A DNA stretch of 64,000 nt from the human T2T-CHM13v2.0 reference genome, Homo sapiens, in the NCBI RefSeq assembly GCF_009914755.1, contig NC_060941.1. The stretch is one strand, 5' to 3'. The notes below the pieces were generated by a model. The model ran no database searches and was not told where the DNA came from. It saw only the letters and a program-made list of their open reading frames with translations. Positions 1 through 17,219 of the stretch are shown one piece after another. A program made the position numbers and the translations under genes. Every line of letters starts with the position of its first letter. Position 1 is the first letter of the stretch.

Positions 1-1410
<1,410 letters not shown>

Positions 1411-1419
1411 ATAATGTAT

Positions 1420-1626
1420 CAGCATGGGTTTTATAGTCATAGATCTGGTTCTGATATGAGCTTTGCTGCTTATTAGCTGTGTAACAGTGAGACATTTACT
1501 TAACTTCTCTGATCTGAAGTGAGTTAATATCTTTCTCACGGGGTTTTGGGATGACTAAATGAAATCATGTTTATAAAACATTTAGCACAGTCTGGCTTGA
1601 CACTTGGCATGCAGTCAATGTTAGCA
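1420..1626 (+). mobile_element. MIR SINE
   Basis: MIR core (agctgtgtaac...tacttaacttctctg) and 3' end (aaaacatttagcacagtctggc). Confidence 0.7.
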
Positions 1627-1651
1627 CCACCCCTTATTAAAAGCTAATTGG

Positions 1652-1946
1652 GGCCAGGCACGGTGGCTCATGCCTGTAATCCCAGCACTTTGGGAGGCCG
1701 AGGCAGGCAGGGATCACGAGGTCAGATCAAGACCATCCTGGCTAACATGGTGAAACCCCGTCTCTATTAAAAATACAAAAAATTAGCTGGGTGTGGTGGC
1801 CTGCACCTGTAATCCCAGTTACTCGGGAGGCTGAGGCAGAGAACTGCTTGAACCCGGGAGGCAGACGTTGCAGTAAGCCGAGATTGTACCACTGCACTTC
1901 AGCCTGGGCGACAGAGTGAGACTCCATCTCAAAAAAAAAAAAAAAA
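1652..1946 (+). mobile_element. Alu (AluS-like)
   Basis: Full length with poly(A); target-site duplication (TSD) approximately aaagcta(a/t)ttg. Confidence 0.92.
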
Positions 1947-2326
1947 GCTATTTGTATTGATTAGACCTCTTTTTAAGGGATTTCCTTGATCAGAGGCCGG
2001 AATGACTATCTTAGATGTTACACTTATCATGGGTGTTATATCATGTGGCTGCACAGGCCTGTTCCTGAACTTCCTGGGAAGTCAACCTTCTTCGGCACCT
2101 CAGATGAGTTCATTGAGAAGCGACGACAAGGTCTGCAGCACTTCCTTGAAAAGTGAGTGGACAGAACGGCTGGTGCTGGCCACCAAGGGTGGAGGCAGGG
2201 GTGGAGGAATGTGCCAGGCAGGATGGAGCTCCCTGCTCAGGTAGCCAGAAGTTCTTAAGAGGATGGGGAATGGAGAGCAGTTCCTCAGGGTGATGCTCTG
2301 TGTTGTGCTACCTGTGTTTTTCCCAG

Positions 2327-2539
2327 GGTCCTGCAGAGTGTGGTTCTCCTGTCAGACAGCCAGTTGCACCTATTCCTGCAAAGCCAGCTCTCGGTGCCTG
2401 AGATAGAAGCCTGTGTCCAGGGCCGAAGTACCATGACTGTGTCTGATGCCATTCTTCGATATGCTATGTCAAACTGTGGCTGGGCCCAGGAAGAGAGGCA
2501 GAGCTCTTCTCACCTGGCTAAAGGAGACCAGCCTAAGAG
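2327..2539 (+). CDS. SNX11: Sorting nexin 11, penultimate coding exon (end of PX domain and extended PXe helices)
   Basis: Acceptor tgtttttcccag|G at 2326/2327 and donor AG|gtaact at 2539/2540. Translates (K)[70 protein letters not shown], recognised as SNX11. Phase fits the next exon (AG+T=Ser). Confidence 0.95.
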
Positions 2540-2717
2540 GTAACTGGAGTACTCTTTGAGATAGCAGGGGCTAGGTTTGCTATAACCTGGACCAGAGAGG
2601 TGTCCATTTGTTAGGGAAAGTAATGTCATAGCATTGGTAGCCTTTCACAACCTTTCTTGTTCTTTGGGTGCGTGGCTTTCTATCCAGGTGGGTCTGTGTT
2701 AACCCACCACTGGGTAG

Positions 2718-3104
<387 letters not shown>

Positions 3105-3106
3105 TA

Positions 3107-4558
<1,452 letters not shown>

Positions 4559-4595
4559 TTCATACCTTTCTTTTCCCTTTCCCACTCTTTTCCAG

Positions 4596-4869
4596 TTGCT
4601 GCTTTCTTCCAAGATCGGGTAGGAGGAGCTCTCCCTCACCGCCTCCCAGTGAAGAAAAGGACCATTTAGAAGTGTGGGCTCCAGTTGTTGACTCTGAGGT
4701 TCCTTCCTTGGAAAGTCCCACTCTCCCACCCCTCTCCTCACCATTATGCTGTGATTTTGGAAGACCCAAAGAGGGAACCTCCACTCTTCAGTCTGTGAGG
4801 AGGGCTGTGGGAGGAGATCATGCTGTGCCTTTGGACCCTGGTCAGTTAGAAACAGTTTTGGAAAAGTGA
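4596..4869 (+). CDS. SNX11: Sorting nexin 11, last coding exon (low-complexity C-terminal tail)
   Basis: Long pyrimidine tract ending tccag at 4595. Reads (S)[36 protein letters not shown]...[11 protein letters not shown], stop TGA 4867-4869, in frame with ORF 4672..4869. Confidence 0.95.
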
Positions 4870-6110
4870 GCTCTCGGTTCTGCTCTGAGATGGTCAGAGA
4901 AGATGCGGGCCAGGAGACTTACTCAGGTGGGACTGGGCACAGGGCAGGTATGTGGGAGGCTGGGCTGCTTAGTGTCTTCTAGTCACCTCTGCTTGGGCTG
5001 ATTGACAGAGGTCAGTCATTACAGCCCCTTATGCCTCTTCCATGGGAACAAATACTGTGCAGATGTTTGTAAGTTAAACATAAGACACAGGGGCTGTTGC
5101 TTTTGAACAGAACCCTATATTACTCTCCTGGGATCTGAGTTTCTGCAGGTCATTTGTATGTAGGACCAGGAGTATCTCCTCAGGTGACCAGTTTTGGGGA
5201 CCCGTATGTGGCAAATTCTAAGCTGCCATATTGAACATCATCCCACTGGGAGTGGTTATGTTGTATCCCCATCTTGGCTGGCTTCAGTTTTTGCTGTAGC
5301 CCTAGAGCACTTTGTTTGTGGGAGGCTGGCCTCTTGCCTACCTCCTTGCATGGACAGGGGGATGAATATTTACTTTCCCACCTCCTTGCTTTTTCTTTCA
5401 CTGATACCACTGAATGGAACTGGTGCTGTGACTCCTGCTGCTGGGGATTTATGTCCCGAGACCTTAGCCTGGCTGAGTGGAGCCTGAGACCTGCACAACA
5501 GCTCATGGTCATGCATGAGAGAGAAGTGGCTGGCCACAGCCAGAGGGAACAGTAACAGCCCAGGGGCCTTTATTTTGGGAAAGGCTGTCCGGGGCTGTTA
5601 CTGTCTCTTCTGGTTATAAAGCAGACATGTGGCCATCTTTTCCGCAGGGTTAGAGTGGGCTCCTTTCTTTTTGGAATCCTTTTCTTCTCCTTTGGTAGCA
5701 GCTCCCTGCCTCCAGGGCTTCCGCCACCAGCGTCTCTGCTGTGTTGCGCAGTGCAGTGGGGTGCAAGGGCTTTGTTTCTGCCTGCCTGAAAGAGAGGGCT
5801 CTGGGGATGGAGATGAGAAACAACACGCTCTCCTTCAGACAATGAGGCATTCTGTCCTCCTGCTGCCATTCTTCATCTCCACTGAGAGCCAGAGCTGGTA
5901 GGAGCCGAGTGCCACAGGCATTCTGCATTGCTCTACTCTTAGGTTTGTGTGTGTGATCCTTCCCCTCCCTGTCGCCCACTCCTCCCTCCTCTGGCTATCC
6001 TACCCTGTCTGTGGGCTCTTTTACTACCAGCCTATGCTGTGGGACTGTCATGGCATTTAGTTCAGAGTGGAGGGGCTTTGGCCTGAAATAAAATGCAAGT
6101 ATTTAAGATT
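4870..6110 (+). other. SNX11: SNX11 3' UTR (to proximal poly(A) site; end approximate)
   Basis: Repeat-free sequence after the stop, ending at AATAAA followed by a GT-rich element. Confidence 0.8.
6087..6092 (+). terminator. SNX11: SNX11 proximal polyadenylation signal AATAAA
   Basis: AATAAA followed about 15-35 nt later by gattgttgttgcaatttgtgtc (GU-rich downstream element). Confidence 0.8.
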
Positions 6111-6406
6111 GTTGTTGCAATTTGTGTCTAACAAGCTGTAGCAGAGAAGGAGGGAGTGAGCGCTGGCAGTATTTCCTTTCATAAATCATGAATTTATCAG
6201 TGTGGAAATAATGCTTCAGAACTGTGCTCTGTAGCCCTCCTGCATTGTGTGTGCAGCTCAAGTTCACCACTGGAGGAAGGATTGTCTTCCAAAGAGCTGG
6301 GATCCAACTCTTCTCACAGTTCTGGGCGTGAACCTTGTTAGGTATACTTTACCTGATGCTGCTTCCATCCTCGCAGTCTGTCTGAGGTGCCAGGTGCTGA
6401 AAGAGA

Positions 6407-6412
6407 AATAAA
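6407..6412 (+). terminator. SNX11: SNX11 distal alternative polyadenylation signal AATAAA
   Basis: Second canonical hexamer 320 nt downstream of the first. Confidence 0.55.
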
Positions 6413-7569
6413 GTTTGTCAACAGGCAGATGCAAAGCCCTGGCTGGTATTCATCCCTCTTTCCTGCCCGCCTCCCCTGGGTCTCTCCTTTATATGATGCA
6501 GCAGAGCAAGGCGAGGATAGAAAACCTACAGAGGCAAATCCAAAATGTCAGAAGAAGTTCATTTAAAAGGGGAAAAAAACTCCATGTGCAACCCTCACAA
6601 AAACCCGACAGATGCTAAGCTAATGGCATCCGCTCTGCCGATTGGTGGGGATGGCTCATGAATATTAATGAGCCCAATGCTCCAAATGGTGCAGCTGTGA
6701 ACCCAGCTGTGCCTGAAGCTCTCTGATCTCGAAACTTCCAGACAGGAGCTGGAGGTGGTCTGTGTCAATTCCCTACTCAGCCAAAAAAACAGCAAGCTGG
6801 GTTGGCCTTCTTCTGTTTGCTCCTTTTCTTCCTGGAGTTGGTGCTCAGCAGCTAGTTCTGCCAGCCGGCTAGGCTGCTGGGACAGCAGGAGCCATTCAAA
6901 GACATGGATGTGATTTTTCTGACTCCCAGCTTTTTTAATGATCCATTAGCAGCATGCATACAACAGCACCTCAGTTAATCTAAGGCCAGGCACCATCTCT
7001 TTTCAGTCTCTCTCTTAACTGAGTATAGGTCTTGGAAGGAGAAGTCCTAGGAAGGAAAGCACTTTTCTAATAATACAAGCCTAGGGTCATCCGAAAAATA
7101 GCGCACATGAGTTTTCCTCTCCATCCAGATAGTGCCATAGGCCCCTCTTCTGTTTTGCTCTGTCCCTGCGTGTGCCCAGGTCTAGCCACTGTGGCCAGAT
7201 GACCTCTATGAAAGATGGAGGATTAGCTGTGGGGAGTGGCTCATTGAGCTGTTTTGTAGGATAAAAATATTTTGTTTAGAATTTAGTTTTGAGTCAAGTT
7301 CTGTCCTGATGTAGTCACCTTTCTTCTGTCAGATACCTCCATGGCCCACATCTAGTCATCCATTACCCAGGATGACTGATTCCAAGCTTGTGGAGGTTGT
7401 TTGGTGGGAGGAAATGTGTTTGTGTGTGAGGGGGGTGTTTTCTTACATTAAAATACTAAGTTTTATAAACATAATTTTATTGGCCCTTCTCAGTGCCTAG
7501 CAAGGAAGGTAGGTTAGGTATATGCTCCTTTTTTCGTTGAGGAAACTGAGCTCAATGTTTTTGTGTGTG

Positions 7570-8214
<645 letters not shown>

Positions 8215-8491
8215 TAAAAAGCATGTTTTTAGATGATGGTGGAATATGTTCACATGAGAGATACTTTCCAAGCTCTGTGAGACAAGTCCCCTACCACTCC
8301 AAAAAAGAAAAAGTCTACCACTACATTCAAGGAAAAAAACAACAACCCTGCAGGGCTTTTCAGAATTGTTCTCAGAAATCAGAGCTCTTTCACAGTTCTT
8401 AGTTTTCTCATGCTAAGGCCTTACATCCATACTACCGAGTCCAAGGTACCTCCTATCCTCTCTGTTAGCTTTGCTTGGGAGGTGATAATGA

Positions 8492-8796
<305 letters not shown>

Positions 8797-10548
8797 TTAT
8801 TAGAGATACGACTTCTTAGGGGGGAAAAACACTTCTATTTTAGCCATGACTGGATTTGGAGTTGGAAAGCTGGAGACCTCAAATCTCAAGATATAATAAA
8901 CAGACAACTTATGCTCAAAATGTTAACAAGAACTACACTTCCTAGGAGACAGAGTCCTCCTGACTCAATAAGCAGAGTGAATAATTTTACTTTTCTTTTG
9001 TTCAGGGGAGATCTGGTCTATTTTCACAAGCAAAGGAGAAGGAAAAAAAGCCAAGGGGTACTTTCATGGTTGCCAAAGGGTCACAGATAATAAACAGAGG
9101 TGACAAAGCTAGGGTGTGAGAATTAGGAGACTACTGGGAAGTCTCTAAGGTTTTTTTCCCCTGGAAGGGCAGGAACACAAGATGCTTCTGGAATCTCTGG
9201 ATTATGGGAAGCCACCAGCCAAAATTTCTTTTCATGCATGGCTGCATGGCTGTCAAGTCTCTCCTTCCTGTCCTTCAGCCAAGCACATTTTCTTTGATAC
9301 CGTCAGTTCAGAAAGGGCCAGCCTGTTCGAATCCTGTAAGTGCTCTAGCTCTGTGTGTCCCTTTCCCTGGTGGCTGTGTTGGTGTGGGAAGCCTAGCCCA
9401 CCCCACCAGCAGCCTGACCCGGATCCTTCCGGCAGAAGGCCCAGAACAGTGAATGCCTGAGGCAGTTTGTTGGAGGCAATGCAGCCTGCCTGCTATAAGC
9501 TGTGAGACTTAGATATATTCTACCAATTAGGGCACATCTGTTCAAAACGCTGAAAGGCGGGCACTGTCTCTTTAAGAGGCATCCCACTCCTCTCCTTGAG
9601 TAATGAGGGCTGGGAGCACAAGGGAGTCAGATGCTGATTAAACAGTCCTACTGCCGAGCTCTGTTAGAAAATTACTGTAATTATGATCTGGTCCCAGCAG
9701 AGGGATGAGTTCCAATCCTGCTAATAACCCTTCCAGGTGCCTCAGATTCAGGGCCCATGGGAGGCAGCGTCGACAGGGCTCTGGCTGGCACCAGGACCAG
9801 TGATGGCCCTCCTGTCTGGCCTGTGCTGGCAGAGACAACAATGACACTGGACCTCACTTCCTATTTTGGCCTCCTGAGAAGGCAGTGGTTTTTGGTTGCG
9901 TTTTTGTTTTATTTATTTTTTGGTTCTGGACAGAGCTCCTGGGAGTCATTTTGTATGAGAAAACTTTCCAGTAAATGAACACGGAGGACCAGGAAAATCA
10001 CAGCCGAGAGATGGCAATCTGTCCTGAATCTCCCCACTTCTGCCTGGGGACTGTAGTCAACACACGAAAAGCATGTTGCCCGGCCCCAGTCCCACCAGTG
10101 CACTGAGGAGGGAACCAGAGCCGAACCCTTTCATCTGCGGCTGCCTTCTGCGTGGTGTTTCTTGATCTGAAGTACACAGCATTTGACTTGGTCCTAAGTG
10201 GGAGTTTCAAGCACTCCTCTTTTAGATTTCTGTCACAGAAAAGGGAAACAAGGGATAGTAATCACAGGGCTCAAGACACGAGAGAGACTGTAATGCGTCT
10301 CTGAACCGGCGAATATGGTCTTGCTCATTCCAACACATCGTAGTGCAAATCTGCAGCAGTGCAGGTGAGCAAATCTTAAAGGTAGAGCAAAGGGTTTTTA
10401 AGCCCTGCAGGATTTGTGGCATTTAAATGCTGTATCTTCTCAACCTAGCTGTAATCTCTATCACATAATCCAGCGGCTCAAGCACAAACTTCTAGAATGA
10501 GGGGTGGTTTCTCTGCTTTGTGCTAAACACACCCCAAATGCCCTGAGA

Positions 10549-10763
10549 CAGCAATTCTCAACCAGGGGAGATTTTGCCCCCAGGGGATATTAGGCACTGC
10601 CTAGAAATATTTTTGGTGGTCAGAGCTCAGGGGTAGGGTAGGGGGAGGCCACTGGCATTTAGTGGGTAGAGGCCAGGGCTGTGGCCGGACATCCTACAAT
10701 GCTCCCAACAACATGGAATTATCTGGCCTAAAATATGAATAATGCTGAGGTTGAGAAGCCCTG
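10549..10763 (+). mobile_element. MER20 (hAT-Charlie DNA transposon MITE)
   Basis: Terminal inverted repeats cagcaattctcaacc...ggttgagaagccctg; internal gattttgcccccagggga and agtgggtagaggccaggg match MER20. Confidence 0.88.
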
Positions 10764-12664
10764 CACTAACAGAGTGAAGTAATCTGCTCCAAGTTCTGGT
10801 ACCCTAAATGTGGAGATGTTGAAGAAATGAACTTCACTCTCCAGATGCTGCGTGCTTCTCTGGAGGTGGAACAGTTCATGACACGTCCAGAGGGCTGGTG
10901 GTGTGCATATGCCACCTTGGTGACTCACAGCACAGCAATGCGGGCATGTCTGATGGTGTGGAAAAGGGAAATGTCTGTAGCCTGCTTCCTGTTCCATGAT
11001 GGGATGTGGAGGATAAAAGGTGACCAGCTGCTCACCATCAGGCTGCAAGTGTCTACAGTGGAACCAGATGCCCTCTTTGAGGACCAGCACTAGAAGCCTC
11101 TTGGAACACTTCTGTTACGGGAGGCAGGGAAGTGGCATACTATTGCCCGGTGCCACAAAAATGCTTCCTTCAGTGGCGCTTTGCCAGTTGGAGGGGTGGT
11201 GGACTGTGATGGGAACCCACGAGGGAACTGAATGCACACAGCCGCCGACAGCTGGCCAGCCCCACAGGCAGCTCGATGCCAAAGACACCAGGCCCCTCAG
11301 AATGCCTGGGCATCAGGAAAAGAAAGCCCAGTTGGCAGGGTCTGCCTAGAAACCAGGCCTGCAGGGGAGAGGACTTCATTAGAAGGGACATTGCCAAGCC
11401 TCATACCAGGAAAGCCAGGTCATCTTTCTCTACCATCCACTCCCCAGGTGACTGGGCACCTCATTTTGCCTTATTTTTAGCATGACCACACTTCCCAGTT
11501 TACACCTGCGGTCTTGGCATCATCATTAACTCCCCTTTCACTCTCAAAAATGTCTTCCTTTGGAGAATAAATTATACGATCACTCTGTTAATTGTACTTC
11601 AGTTTCCTCTGACACGGAAGTATTTTTGGGGGCCATTATATTTATAAAAGATTTTTGTACAGCATGGGCTAAATCTTAAAATATATCATTAATGGAATCC
11701 GAAAGAATGGTCATCAATTCATATAGAGGAGAAAAACAGCATGTTTCCTGAATAGTTAGTTTTTTATAGGGAAAAAGGGAGACTAATTCAAATCCCTTGA
11801 AAAAGAAGAATCTTTAGTTATAAATTTCAAAGTCCCTACCCAATCTCGGCAAGTTCTAATGGGAAATGAAATAGCTGGGCAGTAGGGAAGGGAAGAAGCA
11901 AGGGACTATGGTAATCCACAAACTAGAAAATGAGCTGGAGTCACTGGGCTGTGTCGCAGAGATAATCCTCTGTGTAGAGGTCTGCTTTTTTAAAACTCAG
12001 CCCTGCAGATTTTGCTGGTGCTCTGGGAGTTAACAAATCAACGCCATTCAAGATTTATCCTTCCAGAGCCACTCCTGGTGGGAGACCTGCGGGGAGGGGT
12101 TTTTGTTTTTATTTTTGTTTTTGTTTTGCCAAAGATGAAAGCACCACTGTCCCTGGCATCTGAGAGTTTTGTTAAGACATAAAAAAAAAAAACAAAACAC
12201 AACTTTGTTTCTTTTTTTTTTCATCTTGCTTCTCTTCAACTCCATCTTTCTCAGACTGGTTTTTAAAGGCAGGGGTCTTCCTCCCCAGCCACGTGCATTA
12301 TCTTGCGCTTTGCATTGACACCACTGCTTTATTGTGATGCCAGGGACTGGCATGAAATGTGGATTTTGAAGATGTCTCACTGGAGATGTCTGACTGCAAC
12401 AGAACTCGAGTAAGTCAATAAGCAAAGCAGCTGACAGATAATTTCAAGGGGCTTTCATTTTATTTCCTCTTCCACAGCAGAGTTTGTGATTTTGAACCAG
12501 TGGTCACAACCTTTAAGATCCTCAGTTTCATCATTTGCAAATACTAGCTGGTTATAAATAAGGTGGTGCAACTAGGGAAGCTAAAATTCTTAAAAAGGTT
12601 AATGGCAACTTGAGATCAATGCTAATTCCTTACATAATTCTGTTTAGATAAAAAAATCTGTCTC

Positions 12665-12919
12665 AGCTGGGCGCAGTGGCTCATGCCTGTAATCCCAGCA
12701 CTTTGGGAGGCTGAGGCAGGTGGATCACGAGGTTAGGAGTTCAAGACCAGCCTGGCCAAGATGGTGAAACGCTGTCTCTGCTAAAAATACAAAAATTAGC
12801 CGGGCATGGTGGTGGGCACCTGTAATCCCAGCTACTCAGGAGGCTGAGGCAGAGATCGCATCACTGCACTCCAGCCTGGGTGACAGAGGGGAGAGTAGGT
12901 CTCAAAAAAAAAAAAAAAA
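12665..12919 (+). mobile_element. Alu with internal deletion in the right arm
   Basis: ggctgaggcagag joins directly to atcgcatcactgcac. Confidence 0.9.
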
Positions 12920-14109
12920 TCAAACAGGAGGGAGGGCACCTTGTCAACCCCACCTTTGACACTACTCTAGTTGAAAACAAAATCAACCCGGGTTTAGGGA
13001 ATGAGACTTAATAGGAATTCTCACCTCTTTCCCATTTTTTATTCACCATCAAGAAAGATATAGTTGGCTTTGAATTAAATACAGATTTCTAAGAGATATA
13101 CCAGGCCATCATATGGAAAAATTTAATATTGAGGTAATTGCAAAACAATGTCTATGCTATTTTGCTATGTGGATGACAGGGAAAACACACTAGAAAAACG
13201 TATTTTTAATGAAATGTAGCTGAAATGTTGCTTTCGGAGCATTTAGTATTCTTGGATACCAGCTTGGACAATTCAGGCCAAACTGTACCAGCCCCAGGTT
13301 AGATTATCGACTGGGAGTCAGTACTTTCTGTGTCAATGATTATACATTTACTTCTTAAATTTAGGATTTTAGCTTTTAAATTTTCTTTTTACATAAAATC
13401 AAGGAAAAAAGCCTTTCATCTCCACTGCTCTCCTATTTCACTTGCCAGAACAATTGGTAGTGATTAAGAAGCCGTCCTACATATAATGTGGTTAGTTAAG
13501 TGGTCTAATGCCCCAGTTATCCAGTTAGTGGCAGGCAGTGAGGTGGGGATTTGGTTAGTAGAGCCAAACAGAGGAGCGGTAATCTAATTAGCCTGTTGCC
13601 ATCTGAGGCCGTTGGCTAAGATGGGGGCTAACTGGGTGTGGAGCAGTTTTGCTGGGTGAGGTTTAGTTTCCAACGCTGTAGGAATCTGCTGCTTCCAAAA
13701 AGTCTCCTTTAGAACTATCCCCTAGCAGAGAATGTCCATCAGCCTGTAGATTGTCTCATCAACACATCAAACATGCTCTACCCAACCCCTGCCCCGCTTT
13801 TTTTTTTTTTTTTTTGCATATAACAATGTCAGAGACAGCCAGAACTACAGACCAGATTTCCAATGAGGTAATTTGTTTATATACTTTAGGACCAACCTAA
13901 TTTCTTTTTCTGCTGAGTTTCACAGCTAGAAGGGCCAGAGATCTGAGTGTGGTCCCTACGGTGGGGTGTGTGGCGGTACCCAAAGACCTTTGCAGTTTGG
14001 CAAGTGGTTGTTTCCTCTTGGAAAACAGGTATAGAAGGGACATTTTATTTTAAATGCTGGAAGCCAATGGCCATATGATTTAGAGAGCATTGAACTCTGT
14101 AGGGAGTGA

Positions 14110-14414
<305 letters not shown>

Positions 14415-14764
14415 TGACCTTTTCCTTTTTCAGCCTCATCCTGTCCCAGATCCCGGCCCTTTCTCTTCTGGTATCCCCTTTTCTGATGTCTTTCAGCCAC
14501 AGAGTGGTGGCACGATGATATTCTGGCCTCTTAGCCACCCAGCTTTTCAGATTTGGGTCCCTGGGTCTCCAGGGAAGGATGGGCGGGGGATGGAGGAGTG
14601 GGGGAGAGGTGGGTGGCAGAGGAGGAGTATAGAAGGGTTTGTGTTTGCTCCCTCTGTTAAACACTTTAGAATATTGCCCATTGTCCTTTCCTGTGGGATG
14701 GGATTGGTGCAAAGGCTCCTAAAACTGGAGGCAGTTGGTTCTCTTTGGTTCACCTGCTCATATG

Positions 14765-14778
14765 CTGCCACCTAGTGG
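14765..14778 (-). promoter_or_regulatory. CTCF core motif
   Basis: CCACTAGGTGGCAG on the - strand, a full match to CCASYAGRKGGCRS, in unique intergenic sequence. Confidence 0.7.
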
Positions 14779-15055
14779 TTCCTTCTCCTTTAGCACTCTG
14801 TGTGAAGGGTAGGGGGACGTTAAGGACACTACTATATTGCCTTTATCTCACTTGGGTTTTTTTTTCCTCCTAAACCTAAAATTTCCCCTTTTCATTCCAT
14901 GCAGTTATCCATCATACACAAAACTGTTTTCTTCTTTTTACTCTTGGATCAGATAATCTGGAAATGAATAGTTGGTATAAGATCTATGTTTTTTTGAGTA
15001 AGTTAGAGCCCACTAACATCCCTGTTTGCCCCCTGGTTTCTCTTTTGTGATGTGA

Positions 15056-15452
<397 letters not shown>

Positions 15453-15494
15453 AGTTGCCTGTCTTTCAAAATTTCTCCTGTAGAGAAATCAGGC

Positions 15495-15745
15495 AATAAT
15501 AGCAGCTACCCTTATTGAACAGTTATTATGTGCCAGGCATTGTTCCAAGTACCATTACACATGTTAAATCATTTAATCTTCCTAATCACCTAATGATACA
15601 GTGAATAGAGTATATCCCTTCTAAGGTGAGGAAACTGAGGCATAAATGGTCAAATAACTTGCTCCAGAGAGCACAGTAGACAGGGAACTGAGATTTATTC
15701 CCAGGCTGTCTGGTTGCAGATGTTATGCTGTTAATCACTATGTTT
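15495..15745 (-). mobile_element. MIR SINE
   Basis: tatgtgccaggcattgttc...gtgaggaaactgaggca...aacttgctcca. Confidence 0.8.
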
Positions 15746-16002
15746 TGCTGCCTCTTAATATGCAGGTAACCTGAGTGCTAGGTACAGACAACAGGAAAGG
15801 GAAACAGGGAGCCCTGTATCCATACTTGAGCCCTCCTCAGAGCATTTCCTCAGCCCCTACCTGGGAGGTGTTGTAGTGGAGGACACATGGGTTGTTAACT
15901 AACCCGAGGCCTGAAGAGGAACTCTTCAATGTGCTGACTCCAAGGCCTTGCTTCTGGTTCTGTCTCGTTTTGGAGATTCAGCACATAGGAAAAAAACCAA
16001 GT

Positions 16003-16723
<721 letters not shown>

Positions 16724-16809
16724 CTATCTCCACTTTATTGGGAGGTGGTAAAAATGCCCAGAGCTGACATATTGATATCATTTTACAAAAAGGAGCTCAA
16801 CATCATCAC

Positions 16810-17187
16810 ACATGGCAAGGAACCACATCCCAAGTTTATTTGTGCTTTTCAAACCAGCCAGAACAACCAGTAATGTCCTCCTCCCAAGGTTTCCTTCTCT
16901 CTCACCTTCTTTGTGAAAAGCTTGTGGAAAAGGCAGATGTGGTTGTGTGGACACATTTAGAGATGGGGATGAGCTATGACTAGGCTGGTTTAGTAACAGG
17001 TTTGATGAACGTGCCTCTTCCCACTTGTCTTACTGGTAGCTTACAGTCACTCTGAGGTGTCAAGAGACTTGGGTCTCTTCAGCAAAGAGAGGAGTCCAAG
17101 GCGTTGGTGGGGTGGCAGAAGTAGGGAGTGGGAACTTTTGATGATCAGTTTCCTCATAAAGGCAGGAGAGAGGGAAGAATATATTTC
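16810..17187 (-). other. SKAP1: SKAP1 terminal non-coding exon (3' UTR); lower end approximate
   Basis: Minus-strand acceptor tttatgtatttttcctcctttag|GAAATATATT at 17188/17187; poly(A) hexamer at 16835-16840. Confidence 0.8.
16835..16840 (-). terminator. SKAP1: SKAP1 polyadenylation signal AATAAA (a second one at 16734-16739)
   Basis: tttatt on the + strand at both positions, at the end of the terminal exon. Confidence 0.75.
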
Positions 17188-17219
17188 CTAAAGGAGGAAA
17201 AATACATAAATTTGCTTTT

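Noticed and set aside
5180-5979. Overlapping ~100 aa ORFs on both strands
   Set aside because: They lie in the SNX11 3' UTR with no recognisable domain or splice support; expected by chance.
12149-12347. 12-bp inverted repeat gtccctggcatc / gatgccagggac about 175 bp apart
   Set aside because: About one such pair is expected by chance in 64 kb; no extension, TSD or transposon body recognised.
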